A DNA stretch of 62,011 nucleotides, counting the filler, from Kipferlia bialata (taxonomy: Eukaryota), in NCBI GenBank assembly GCA_003568945.1. It is 6 parts of 6 records of this genome, joined end to end, with 100 filler letters (N's around TTAATTAATTAA, not from the genome) between each part and the next. Parts side by side here need not be neighbours in the genome. Positions count along the whole stretch, not along the records: positions 22,369 to 33,446 come from BDIP01001298.1; positions 33,547 to 44,622 come from BDIP01001299.1; 4 more parts are not named here. One strand, 5' to 3'. Below are positions 26,323 through 40,248 of the stretch, one piece after another. A program made the position numbers and the translations under genes. The stretch's first letter is position 1; the number at the start of each line of letters is the position of its first letter. Below the pieces are notes generated by a model. That model was not told where the DNA came from, did no database searches, and was given only the letters and a program-made list of their open reading frames with translations.

Positions 26323-27342
26323 ACATATAGTCATCAGTATACTGGTGTATGTACTACTTACACTATATACTACCCACCATATACTAGTGTATTCCTAACA
26401 CCAGACCAATGCCGCCCTGTCCAAGAGACTCACCTTCTACCAGACTGATGGGGCCACCCTGGTATCCAGTGCACAAGTGCAGGAGGCAGAGCACGCTAGG
26501 AGAGAGACGGAGGTATGTATAGTGTAGTGGATATTTAGAATGGTACTGTGTTCATTCCTCTATTGTCTCTAAGGCCGAGGCGGACTTGGCATGACCCCCA
26601 TCTCTCTCTCTTACTCTCTGTCTCTTTCTCTCTCTATATATATGTATGTGTATATTCGTTTCTCACACCAGGCCGAGGCCGATCTGCAGGCTCTGCGAGA
26701 TAGAGTGGCAGCAGCAGAGGCAGAGGCAGAGGCAGAGGGAGAGAAAGAGAGAGAGGCAGAGGCTGACTCTGGAGACACATCCACCAACCCCCCTCCCACC
26801 AATGGCTGTGTCCCACCTGACCTGGGGTGGCCCTCACCCCCTGTACCATGTGACGTGGAGGTGCAGGTATGTACATACGAATATATATATACTATACTAT
26901 ACTATATATCTATGGTATATATGTCCCCCCTGACCTGGGGTGGCCATCTCCACCTGTACCATGTGATGTGGAAGTACAGGTATACACTACACTTTATACA
27001 TATATATACCATAATAATAGTGGCTGGCCCTCACCCCCTGTGCCATGTGACGTTGAGGTGCAGGTACGGGTGTATTCCAACATCCACCATAGTAGCCGAT
27101 ATTTATCCTACTAATTTAGTAACAACCGGTTCCACTATAATGTCTCTTCTCTATTCCTATTCTTATACACAGGATTCCCATGCCCACCCCCACGTGTCAC
27201 CCCCGGCGGAACTGATGCAGGTATGTATATATAGTGCACCTACTGTACTGCCCCCTCCTCTCTCTCTCCATCCACCATTCCACTCCCACTTATGCCGTCT
27301 CTGACCCCTCAGGAGGACGACTATGGCTACTGGGGCTTCTGA
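24962..27342 (+). CDS. SP-rich, coiled-coil hypothetical protein (about 9 exons)
   Basis: MASPGGSPRSSRLSS...|...AAERRIK|GQKAELLSLESRQRVAAQRVASLMRERHGLQGELSAVK|...|AEADLQALRDR...PCDVEVQ|DSHAHPHVSPPAELMQ|EDDYGYWGF*. Confidence 0.75.
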
Positions 27343-27714
27343 TCAATGTACACTCTCAATGTGCATCCTGTACTGTATCAGCGTCCCTTCCCTAGTGTCC
27401 CATTCTAAGGGTCTAGCCTTGTTGCTGGCAGGGCTATACCCAGTGTCCCACGTATTGATGTTGCGTGGTATTTATGATTTGACTTATTGGTCTCTCTAAC
27501 CTATGAGTAAATACACCTATGTATGTTATCCGTGGTGAGACTGCAAGTACCACATCTCAATCTTCAAGTGATACCTTATCCATCTACAATTTGTGGCGCT
27601 CTATCTATTGTCCACTTCATTCAGACTACTCCTGCTTCCTTCCCCTACAAGTCATCAACCACCCCTAGAAGTATATGTACGCCAAAAGTAATGTCTATAT
27701 CTATTCTATTGAGA

Positions 27715-29162
27715 CTACTTGCGCTGTTCCCCAGCCCTGGATGCCATCATCTCCTTCAGTGTGTTGGTGAGTGCCGCAATGGGGTCTGACCCTGCCTCTC
27801 CCTCCCCCTCTCCATCCATGCCGATCACTGTACTGTCACCACTGCCCCACATAGACATGGAGGGGAGGTCAGCAGCGGTGTTGCTAGGCCCAGCACTGGT
27901 AGGACCCATACCCATACTGCCCATACTGGTGTCTAGTGCCCTCTGCATCTGCCGCAGAAGGTCCCCCCCCTCCCCCTCCCCCCCTCCCTGTGCCCACTGT
28001 TCCTCCTCCTTGTCCAGCATGGAGAGCATGTGGTCGATGCGGGTGGCAGTGTCCTGGGAGTACCTGAAGTGAGAGGGAGAGAGAGAGAGAGAGAGAACAT
28101 CATGTATAACATGGGGTGGCAGTGTCCTGGGAGTACCTAGCGTCAGAGTACATACAGCTCAGAGAGGATTGATGATAGATATAATACCGGGTAGGATGTG
28201 ATGTCGATCTGACATTGTTGAGACAAATAGTCACCAAATATACCATATATCACATGTTGATACCTTGTTGTGTCTGATGCAGACCCGACCTTGGGTAGAG
28301 GCACTCGGTCAGAGGAGGACGCAACCCTGGTGTAAACATGTATATATGTATACATAAATAGGAGAAAATAGTGTACACATAAGTACATTACTGATATATC
28401 ACTCTGTCAGAGGAGGAAGCCACCCTGGGGTCAATGTACTCCATATAGTAGACAGATGCACGGAGTTGTAATAATAGTATGTACCTAGGGATGAAGGTCA
28501 TCCCTCTGTCTCTCTCTCTCTCTATATATATATGTGTGGGTATATGTATATGTATGTGTATGTGTAGGAAACTCTGTACCTTGGGTTGACTGTCCTCCCC
28601 TTCACCTTCCCCTTCCCCTTCCCCTTCTTCACCACATATATATAGGAAACAATATATATATATTGACATACTCCAATAGTGTATTAATAATACATATACA
28701 TACCTTGGGTTTACTGTCCTCCCCCTCGCCTTCCCCTTGCCCTTCCCCTTCTTCACCTTGGCACCACCCACATGGGTGTGGGTGGGGGCAGCGTCAGTGG
28801 CTAGAGTTAGTATTAGATATATATATACAGAGAGAGAGAGAGACATGGTGTGGGTGGGGGCAACGTCAGTGGTTAGGATTAGATATATGCATACAGCTAG
28901 GTGTACATGCAGGGGTACTCTTACATTATTTCCTACCCACTCTCTCCATATATAAAAGAAACTGAATATCTCCGTACCTTTCCCTAGCCCCTCGACACAC
29001 ACACATACATATATATATATTATGGAAAAGGAATGATGTACCTTTCCCTAGCCCCTCGAGCCATGCCAGCACGGCAGGGGACTGGGTCACACCACCCTTG
29101 GCCTTGGCAGTATTCTTCTTGGACACCTTCTTGCCCTTTCCTAGGAGTGAGAGAGTTAGTAA

Positions 29163-29203
<41 letters not shown>

Positions 29204-32003
29204 TCAACGTACCCTTCCCCTTCTTGCCCTTCTTGCCCTTGGTGGCACCACTCTCTCCCTCCCCCTCTCCCTCTCCCTCTCCCTCCCCCTCTGTCTCTCT
29301 GAACATCTCCTTGTTGAGGAAGGGTGTGGAGGGGTAGAAGGAGGGCTCAGTGTCAGCCATACTGAGTGACAGGTTATAAAGCGACCCGAGAGAAGGCAGG
29401 GCAGCGGTAGGTCCACACTCCTCACCATCCTCCTCCTCTGCTCTCTCTCTCTCCCTCTCCACGTTGGGTCTTCCGTACAGACCCCTCACACGGCTGGTGA
29501 GTGCTGCAAAGCGACCACCTCTTGGTGCTCCCTCCTCACTCTCTGGGGTAGTAGTGTCTGTAGTGGTAGGTGCAGGGGGTATGGTAGAGGGGTCGTACCA
29601 CTCCATGAGAGAGGGTAGTACCAGTACCCCATCGGCACCCTCCTCAATAGTCTCCACCCCTGCAACCTCTCTCTCCCCCTCTCTCTCTGTGCCTGAGACT
29701 AAGGCCAGACCGGCACTGGCGCACATGCCCTCCAGCACAGTGGCTATACAGCTATGCACATCATCCCCCTCTCCCTCTCCTTCCTTCCCCTTGCCCTTCC
29801 CCTTGCCCTGTGAGAGTATGTCCATGGCAGTCTGGTGCAGTGCCATCTCCTTTGAGCACTTGAGCACCCCCTTCCTCACACACTTGTCCACAGCTGCCTC
29901 GACAGCAGACAGGTCAATGTCCACATCAGGCACCTTCACCTTGCCCTTCTTACCCTGTGCCTTGGCCTCTGCCTTGGCCTGCACTCTCAGCCTCTTGGTC
30001 TCTCTCTTGACCCACTCCAGTGTGTGCTCAGAGGCCAGCTCCACCAGACCCTCCACAGCTATGCAGAGTCTGATACCAGCTAGGCCACCCTCCTCCTCGG
30101 CTAGGTGCATAAGGGCAGGGGGGAGTGGGTCCACCATGCCCTCCCCACTGGCACTCTCCTGCTGGTGCTGCATCTCATACAATAAGAAGGAGGCGGCATG
30201 GATCTCTGACAGATACACACACCCCATCACAGGGGAGGTGTCTGGGAGCACATCCACCCCTTGCTCGCCCTCCCTCACTGCCAGTATGTGGGGGAGGGTG
30301 GGGGGAGGGGTATACACAACGGGTCTCGAGTTGGGGGCAGGGCCCTCTCTCTCCGCCTCTCTCTCCCCCTCCCTCCTGTCTAGTAGGCATAGCGCCAGGG
30401 GTATGGTGTGGGCAGAGGCGTTGCGGAGTGTCTGCGTCATGGGTGCAGTAGATACACTGGGAGGGGTCTCTGTAGGAAGGGAGGAGAAGTGTGGCATACC
30501 ACCACTCTCTCCCTCCCCCTCTCCCTCTCCCTCCCCCTCTCTCTGACTGGCCTGGACGAGAGGGTTGAACCCCTTACCCTGCAGCATATCTGCAACACAC
30601 CTGGGCAGACATACAGGCACACGCACTAGCCCATCGGGTCTAGTGGTGGCATCAGATGCCACCACCCTAGGTGCCTGGGAGGCATACGCAGTGTGTGCAC
30701 GGCGTGTCAGACCCTCAGAGACACTAGGTAGGTGGTATGCAGAGGGGTCAGAGACAAGGAGTGACAGGATGTCAGACCGGCCCTTGGCCTTGGCCTCACT
30801 CTCTCCCTCTCCCTCTCCCTCTCCCTCTCCCTCTGTGTCTGAGTCTGACCCCTCGGAGTCTGTATCCTCCATGCCACCAGTATGGTGGGGGCCAACATAG
30901 TACACACCACCTGGGGTATTAGAGAATGATTCACGGGTTGCATATTACTCATGGCTGATTACTATTCCATATGTGCATACCTCTGTATAGATACACCCTC
31001 CCCTTGGCCTCAGATGGACTCAGGTCAAGGTCAGTGCCCTTACTCTCTCCCTCTCCCTCTCCCTCTCCCTCCCAGTCATCCAGGTCAACACCTCTCTTGC
31101 CCTTGGTCTTTGACCCCTTTTCACCCTTTCTTCTGGATGTACCGTCCATCAAGGGTGCAGCAGTGAGTAGGAACATGCCATCTGTGTCTAAACACTCAAT
31201 GGCAACGTCCAGGGAGAGGGAGAGGGCCTGCAGTAGCCACACTAGGGACTGGGGGTTAGACACAAGTAGGTACATTGGTAATAATACAATGGGAATATTA
31301 GATGGAGACACGAGATAGCACAATGGTATATATGCTATGTGTATGTATATCTACCCACCCACTCACTGGTCAGGTCCTGTCCGATGTGCAGATGGACAAG
31401 GCAGTGGGGGGGCTCAGAGGGGTCCTGGGTTAGGAGGTATATAATCATACGTGTGTGTGTGGTTAGAGAAAGACATAAATATATATGTGGATGGGGAATG
31501 TATCCCCTGTACCAGTGTTTGCATTCAATCAATCAATATGGTTGCTTACACATCAATACATATATCATAGGGAGAGACAGGATATACATCATACCTTTGG
31601 TGTCACTGCATATAACAATGGGTCACAGCAGTGGTTGATACATACAACGTACATACATATACACACACATATACTCATGTACCTTTGGTGTGACTGCATA
31701 CAACAGTGGGTCACAGCAGTGGTTGATACATATTGACATATATACACACACATATACTCATGTACCTTTGGTGTGACTGCATATAACAATGGGTCACAGC
31801 AGTGGCTGGTACATATTGATATATATATATGTATATATATGTATATATATACCTTTGGTGTGACTGCGTATAACAATGGGTCACAGCAGTGGCTGGAACA
31901 TATTGATATAAATATATATATGTATGTATATATATATGTGTGTATATATGTATCTATATACCTTTGGTGTGACTGCATATAACAGTGGGTCGCAGCAGTG
32001 GCT

Positions 32004-32050
<47 letters not shown>

Positions 32051-32480
32051 CTATACCTTTGGTGTGACTGCATATAACAATGGGTCACAGCAGTGGCTGG
32101 TCTTGAGCCTGGTCTCTATGAACTGCCTCATCTCACTAGCCACGTCCTTGACATCCCCGGAGAGGGGGAAGACCTAAGGGGGTAAGAGAGAGAGAGGGGG
32201 GGGCAACACCATCTGATACCGACGGGGGGAGGGGGGGGTTCAATATCAATTCCCACTTCCCCAAGATAAGACAATCACCACTCCAGTCACAATATAAACT
32301 GGACGATGAGACAGAGAGCGTAGATGGATAGAGAGAGTGACTCGAGAGTACACACTTGATTGGCTGGGACATAGATACCTCCTCACATACTCAACCCCTC
32401 CCCCACGAATATATATGGAAGAATAGGTGTATATATCTACGCACCTTGGCTGTCACTGCACCATCCGACACCACATTCAT
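27715..32480 (-). CDS. large low-complexity (EG/KG-rich) hypothetical protein
   Basis: [51 protein letters not shown]|... includes the ~1.7-kb exon underlying the 659-aa ORF and ends ...[12 protein letters not shown]. Confidence 0.75.
31590..32102 (-). repeat. six-unit donor-side echo array
   Basis: ACCTTTGGTGT(G/C)ACTGC.TA..ACA.TGGGTC.CAGCAGTGG (plus strand) near 31593, 31681, 31764, 31851, 31960 and 32056 (the last is the real exon end), with TA-rich spacers. Confidence 0.93.
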
Positions 32481-32675
32481 CACACAGCAGAGAGAGAGAG
32501 AGAAGGGAGCCAAACTGCAGTCGACATAGTTTAACGATTTGGGCGAACCCTTTTTTGCCAGTTTTTTGAGTCGAAGTTTGGCTAGTTTTGCCAAAGACTC
32601 TCTTCAACCCAGACTCAGCGTCTCTGCTGTTACTCTGTGCCTGAGAGAGACATAGAGAGAGAGAGAGAGAGAGAG

Positions 32676-32749
32676 ATGGCTCAGAAGACAGAGCTGACGC
32701 CTAAGCAGAAGGCCAAGCTCGAGAAGAAGAGACTGGAGGATGAGCTCAG
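32676..32749 (+). CDS. first exon of a gene truncated by the scaffold end
   Basis: MAQKTELTPKQKAKLEKKRLEDELR followed by a GTGAGT donor, with a donor echo at ~32855-32890. Divergent from the gene starting at 32480. Confidence 0.6.
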
Positions 32750-33390
32750 GGTGAGTGTGTATATACATATAGTGGTGGCTGTATTGGTAATAGTACATAG
32801 CCAGGGCATCTCAGGGCATAATTTATAACACTATATGTATTGTATTAGATATCTGAAGAAGGGAGAGACTGGAGGATGAGCTCAGGGTGGGTACATTGGT
32901 ACACATGTGTCGATATATAATGCATAGACAGAGCACACTATAGTACCCTGTTGCCACTATGTACACTGTTGTGTGTATACTTACGTTGTGTCTTTATAGT
33001 GTATACTGGTTAGAGTTGGTGATGCCTGGGAATGACCCTCAGGGTATGATTCACTGAGTGTATAGTTGGTACTTCATACAATCACCACACCTAGTCCACG
33101 CACTATATGTGAATGCTCCCTCTCTATACGTGATGAGTATGTGTATGTATGTAGTCTGGAGTGGTGCTGTGTGTGAGATTACATATTTCACTGCCGATAT
33201 TGGTTTGGTATCAGTTCCCGCCCACCGTGCATTCCCCCTCACTCTCCTCTCTCTCTCTCTTTTTCTTTGAGTGTACATAAGCACACTACTCACTGACAGG
33301 GAAGTGTGTTAAACCAATACTAGGGGAATCCACTCACTCTCTTCCTCCCCCTCTCTATGTCTTTCTCTCTCTCTATTCTCTCCCTCTCTC

Positions 33391-33428
<38 letters not shown>

Positions 33429-33446
33429 CCCCCCCCCCCCCCCCCC

Positions 33447-33546
33447 NNNNNNNNNNNNNNNNNNNNNNNNNNNNNNNNNNNNNNNNNNNNTTAATTAATT
33501 AANNNNNNNNNNNNNNNNNNNNNNNNNNNNNNNNNNNNNNNNNNNN
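33447..33546. other. artificial scaffold linker
   Basis: N44-TTAATTAATTAA-N44. Confidence 0.98.
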
Positions 33547-33804
33547 GTCTCCGTCCCTACAGTTCCCCTCTCCCCCCCCCCCCCCCCCCCCTACAATCTC
33601 CCTCATGTCAAACGAGAAGTGGTGTTACACCTTCCTAATTGGTCTCTCTCTCTCTGTCTCATCCCCCCTCCCCTACCTTCTATTTCCCCTCAGATTGGAG
33701 CTCATTACTGTATATCTAGTAGATTATATCTACTGCTATCTCCGTCTCAATGACACAATACTCCTCATGCCCACTTATGTATATTCCCCTCTCTCTCACC
33801 CTAG

Positions 33805-36742
33805 GTATGAGGAGAGTGGTCTAGATGCCTCATTCTGGAGTGATGGATACCCAACGGCAGGTACAGATGTGTGTATAGCATTACATATGAATACATGCAT
33901 CTGCTACACATATACGTATGCTCTATATGATATATATGCTGTGTATGTGATGAGTACCCAACGGCAGGTACAGATGTGAGTGTATATAGCAATGTATTTG
34001 TTTTGACTACATAACTTTGGATTGGTTAGGACTAACTTTCTGGTATATATGTGAGCGGTACATAGACAAGTGGGGGTATCATGGGTACGTTCAGAGAAGA
34101 CTACAATGTACATATACATCTATATTTACCTAATTGCATGTCCCCTTCTGTTCGCTATGGATGTACTGATAATCCATAAGTATAGATGGATAATTAAATG
34201 TATTACTACAGGTGCACTTCTGCTGGCTAAGAGTGTATATACATGAGAACGCATTAATAGATACAATGCATATATTTAATACACCTAATTACATCCAGTC
34301 CCCTACTAGCTATACATATCTGTTATTCATATTGGAAAAACTAATATATACATATACATAGTACTATAGTTATTCATATTGTATAAATTAATATATACAT
34401 ATACATGGACATACGTTTATATACCTGACCTGATATGGTCATATGAATATGTACTAACTGCAGGTGCCCTTCTGCCAGCCAATGATATACGCAGATACAC
34501 ATTACTGTATATACATCTATATGTATACATCTATATATACTATCTGCAGGTGCCCTTCTCCTAGCCATGTATATATGTGTATATGTATATTTATATATTA
34601 CTATATATGTACTATACATGTACTATACATACTCATATCAGGTTCCTTCTCCTAGCCATGGATGAACAGTCAGGGAGGCACTGGTTTATGTCAGGTATTT
34701 GTGTATGCACATATGATAGTCAGGGTACTATCCGAATATATATACATAGTAATCATACAGGTCTCGTTCTCCCCCCCCCACGCACCGTCCCCTCCCCATC
34801 CTCATGTTTATCCTCTTTCACCCCCTCACTCTCTAGCCGACCGCAAGACCGTCCACTGTGAGACAGTCAGGGGCAGTGACTGTCAATGCGCCATACATGT
34901 GTCAGCGAAGGGAAAGGGTGAGGCTCTGGTTCCTCTCTTAATACATATCGAACTATGTATCTCCCCTACTGCCCCACTTTCACGTATATGAGAATTGATT
35001 TGAATCATAGCTATGCTTAAACAGGTCAGAGAGTCTTAGAGGGGCAAGAGTGTTTCCGCATATTCGTCCTCTCCATGTATAGAAGCTATATACGTCTCTC
35101 TCCCTCTTATGTAGGCTGGCACCTGATACGGTTCAAACGCCCCAGTGTCAAGGGACCTAGCAACTGCCACGCTGACAACTGTGTGCGGCAGGTCAGTATT
35201 AGTACTTTGCAAAGAAGATAGAAGTAAGATTATCGTTGTTGTCCTCACCCCTTGATACTTTTGACTTATGTCGCATGTGTGTCCTAGCACCAGGTGTGAG
35301 TGTGTTGATATTATTCTCTATATGTTACTCTTCCATTCCATGCTGGGTACCAAGAGCACTTAGGGATTATGTGACAAGATTCTTCTCTAATGTCTCAGCG
35401 CCGTTATGACCTCCACTCCCAGCCTCTTTCCCTGTTCTACCCTATGGATGATGGAGAGGCCGTAAAGTCATGTGACAGTCTGACCCCGCTTGCAGCGCTT
35501 TCAAGCACTGAGGTTGGTATCTCCGTCTAACTCATGTCTCTCCATGTGTGCACTTATGTGGTAAGAATAACATTAGTTAATACCGTGATAGTACAGTGAC
35601 ACTTTAGCTGTCTCATATACCGGTAATGTGTCTCACTATAGGTGCTATGTGCTCCTGGTCCAAGAGTGTACAGGCTCAGCACTCTCTCCGTCCCCGCTGT
35701 GTGTGATGCGTCTGCCCTTTGCTTCTCTCGCAGTGATATCCTTACTGTACCCTACCGTTTAAGTGTAGTGTTGGATCCAAATACTCACCCGGTTTCGTGT
35801 GTAGTTGGCACCACTTTGTATACCGTGTGTCATGAAAGAGGAGGAGGGGTCGGAAACTGGTCCTTCCTAAGGCTTGAGATGGACACCTACGAGAGTACTG
35901 TAGTGCCCTGGGGACAGGGTGGTAGACACCCCATGCTGAAGAAGTCTATGGGTCATCCAGAACCCATATTCCCCATGCCAATGTGTGATATCTCTTGCGT
36001 GTCACTCGATGACCGCATTCTGTGTATGTGGAGAGTCGGCGATGGTGACGATAAAGACCTCGTCCTTGTGGTGTACACTCCAGCTACAGGTGCCTGGGAG
36101 TGGCCCCCAGTGCCAGCTCGTCTCTCTGAGCGCCTCTCTGACCCTCTTCGTGACGATGACGAGGATCTATACCCGTTGATGGCTGTGGTTAGAGGTGCTG
36201 TGCACCTTATCCCTGGGGGAATGAAGTATCCCATTCCTCACTGGACTATAGCTCCCAGGAGTGGGGATGGTGACAACTGGGTTTGGCGCCACTTGGGATG
36301 GCTGCCATTGGGCGTTTCAGGTGAGGAGGGTGTGACAGCTGTGACTACAGTGGGAGACAAGCTGCTGACTGAGTGTATGCCTAAGCATGATGCGCGTCGT
36401 ATCTATGGGAGTAGCCACTACCACTCTTACACTCCCGAGACTGGTGAGTGGGTTCCGTGGATATCCGCGGACGCATTCACGTTTCCAGGGGTGTCGGTCT
36501 CTCCGACTGGGTCTGTTCAGTTGAGCTCCAGATTGCGTAGAGATCGTTTTCAGTCTCTATCTATAACCAAAGAACTCACAGTGTGCTGTGTGACACCCGA
36601 CTCTCAGTACCCTCATGATAGTCTGAGGTGGGCAGAGCACTTCTTTCTATCGGCTACTGAGAGCAAGGGGTACAGACACACGTACGAGCTGATATATTTG
36701 ACGTTCCTTATGTACCATGATATATATAGAGGACTATACTGA
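33805..36742 (+). CDS. kelch-like beta-propeller protein (large last exon 35642-36742; upstream exons tentative)
   Basis: 366-codon exon after an acceptor, with repeated blades PVSCVVGTTLYTV, CVSLDDRILCM...VYTPATGAWEW, MAVVRGAVHLIPGG and TTVGDKLL...SYTPETGEWVPW. Confidence 0.6.
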
Positions 36743-36881
36743 ATAGAACTATGCCTTCTATATTCTATTGAATAGAATCTCTTCTCAAGATATTCCCATA
36801 TTCTCGCTTATGCCGACAATTCCGCCTCTGTTACTTGCAGAAGCTTTCTCATTGAAGTAACTCACTTCCCATGTACCACTT

Positions 36882-39800
36882 CTACTTCTTCCTCTTTGCC
36901 TTGGGACACTTGGCAGGGGCACTTGCTCTGGTGAACACAGGGGAGTCAGCCTCACCTCCCGCGTAGGTGTAGCCCTCGAGGTCGAAGCCCTATGATGAGA
37001 GACGAAGTAGGTAAGAGTGGTTATGATGTCACTACACCATCTCTTGATACTCTAATGTACAGTGTGTATACCCTACCTTGATCTGCCACCTCTGTCACCC
37101 TGTTGAGTACACACCACTATATATATATATATATATATATGATATACATATATATATATATATATATACCATACAGTGCTACCCACCTTGATCTGCTCCA
37201 CGTCTGTCACCATGTTGAGTGTAGCTAGTATATATATATATATAATACACATATGGTATAACATTGTGTCATATAGAGAATATATATTCATACATCTAGT
37301 ATGGCGTACCTTGATCTGGTCCACGTCTGTCACCCTGTTGAGCACACACCACCTCACCATGAGACCCCGGGCCTAGAGAGTGAGTGTTATATATACGCAT
37401 ATATGTGTATATATATATGGTATATATATATATATGTATATATATGGTATATANNNNNNNNNNNNNNNNNNNNNNNNNNNNNNNNNNNNNGTATATATAT
37501 GGTATATATATATGTGTATATATATATGGTATATATATATATATGGACTGACCATGAGACCCCGGGCCTAGAGGGTGAGTATAGAGGGTGGAGATGCATA
37601 GTGTACGCGTCTGATGTCCCACTTCCTTTCATATCTATACAAGGGTATCATAATACACCGTCTGTACGTGCCTACATCACTATCTTCCAATACAATTGAT
37701 ACCTTCTTGGTGTACACGGTGGGTGACTTCCCCCCTGTCTCAACACTCTATCCTCTCTATACATACATATATATAGGTATACATATGTATACATCTATAC
37801 CTTCTTGGTGTACACGGTGGGTGACTTCCCCCCTGTCTTGAATACGGGAGAGACGACACGCACACACTCAGGCAGGTGGGGGAGGACGGCCTGCAGGGTT
37901 AGTGTCCATGTGTATAGTGTATACTGGCCAATATTCATATATACTATATGAATGTGTAAGTATATGTATGTATAATGATAAGAAAGAGACTCTGGGAGGA
38001 CGGCCTGCAGGATTAGTAAACGTGTGAATATAAAAAAGTATACAAAGTATAAGTATAAGTATGAATGTGTTCTAAGTGTATCATACACAATGTATCGATA
38101 CCTTGCTGTACTCCCCTGATGCATAGTGACTACTATACTGAAGTACACATTGTCCATACATATAATACATTTTCCTTACTATAACATACACCCTGTATCA
38201 ATATATACAATACTCTTAGTGAGTTAGCCTGCTGTCTCACCTTGCTGTACTCCCCCGAGGCACAGTTGAGCAGGACCACCTCCTTGTTGTCGGCATGGCC
38301 TGGGGGTGGGATTGCATGCAAGAATCTTCAATCATGCGTGCTAAGTATGTGTGTATCGATACTGAATGTGTACATACACTTGCATTGTATATTGACTTAT
38401 ACCTATCTATTCATATTGATGTATCCATAAATGTCCACATACCTATGGGAAGGTCCCCGTTCAGAAGAGAGGGCTCCCAGTGGTCATAGAGAGAGAGACC
38501 CTGGGGGTGAGAGAGGTATACTCATGGATACATGGCCACCGACACCATGGTAGACAGTGTAGGGCGCCACATATCGAGTTATCTTGAAGCCCTTATGACT
38601 GAAAACTATTCACAATGACCACGTAATAGGATATGTATCCTATATAGTCCCTCTCTATCTCTCTCAGTATTTACATGATTACACAAATACTCATCCATAC
38701 CCCAGGAGTGTCCCCCATGCACAGCCTGTATATCTATACACGTATATATATATATATATACATCTGTATCATACATCTATACCATGTATATACATGTGTA
38801 TATACCTTAGCCTCATACATCTACAGCTCTAGTATGCATGTATACACAGAACATGTACACATACCTCGGGTGTGTCTGCCATGCACAGTCTGTATATCTA
38901 TATATACATCTATGACATGCTTTTGTTTATATATATATATACCATGTCAGTGTCTATTTAATGTACACATACCTCAAGTGTGTCCCCCATGCACAGTCTG
39001 TATGTATGTATCCATATATACCATGTATTTGTCTCTCTCTCTCTATATATATATATGTCTATACATGTGTCCATACCGCAGGTGTGTCCCCCATGCACAA
39101 CCTGTATGGCTTGATCCTGTCACAGGCACGCAGACAGCCCCACAGGCCTAGGAGTGAGTATACGGTCTCAATGCACAATATAATACGTACAATAGTAATC
39201 CCTCACACATATATGTATATGCGTACGTATTTGCACAAGAATACACCACTATGTACATACACTGTACATACCGGATATGACCCTTAAATGTCTGTGGCAC
39301 CACTCAGCATATGCTTATGTATACGTATACAATGTATGTATATATGTATATATATACACTGTACATACCCGATATGACCCTCAGGTGTCTGTGGCACCAC
39401 TCTGCGTCAGTCTTGTCAAAGTGTGTCCTGGGGTCCATGGCAGAGAAGGAGTCGCCATCATAACTGTGTGTAAGGGTATATAGATAACCACGGGAGTATA
39501 TACAAATATATACATGAATATATACATAGATATATATGTGTGTCCTGGGGTCCATGGCCGAGAAGGAGTCGCCATCGTAGCTGGATGTTAGAGTAATTGA
39601 TATATATATGGAGAGAGAGGGAGAGTGGAAGTACTATGGACACAAGTATGTATGTAGTGTATGGGCCCTGGGGCCCATGGCAGAGAAGGAGTCGCCATCG
39701 TAGCTAAGAGTTAGCAGAATAACGATACTCGAAGAAGAGAGAAAGAGAGAGAAGGAATAGAATGGCAAGGCGCTCTGAATCTCCACCCACCTTTCAGCAA

Positions 39801-40210
39801 AGTCAACACAGGTACACAACTATAGTTTGCGACACAAGTGTATATATTATACCTGTACAGAGCTGGCTGGGCCTCCACCCCGTCCCACTCCTGGAAGCGC
39901 TGGGGGTCAGAGCAGGGTAATGACATGTATTGATACATATATGCTTGATACTATGGGTTTGTCTTGTAAGGATACCGTCTATGGATATCGCCCACCTTGT
40001 GGTTGAGTGCTGCCAGGTTGACTAACTAGCAGCAGCACTAGAGTATAGTAATGTGTGTATATGTATGTATACCTATTCTCTCTAATACATTTGTAACACT
40101 GGTACCTTGTGGTTGAGTGCTGCCAGGTTGGCTGACACGTGCAGAGTCTTGGCCAGCTCAGCCTTGCTCTGCCTCTGAAGCATGGCTGGGGGTGAAACAA
40201 ACATACACAC

Positions 40211-40248
<38 letters not shown>

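Noticed and set aside
29143..29212. SLSLSL tract inside the 659-aa ORF
   Set aside because: It is bounded by GTACGT...CTCACTCCTAG on the minus strand, i.e. a stop-free in-frame intron.
29464..30546. 360-aa plus-strand ORF
   Set aside because: Antisense shadow of the minus-strand exon (S/P/L-rich mirror).
31590..32102. CRISPR-like repeat-spacer appearance (also 7955-8507 and 23640-24150)
   Set aside because: The repeats are copies of exon ends with splice sites, the spacers are TA microsatellite, the context is eukaryotic, and there are no cas genes.
33390..33446. Long poly-C/poly-G runs at scaffold ends as telomeric or G-quadruplex elements
   Set aside because: They sit at assembly breakpoints, so their lengths are unreliable.
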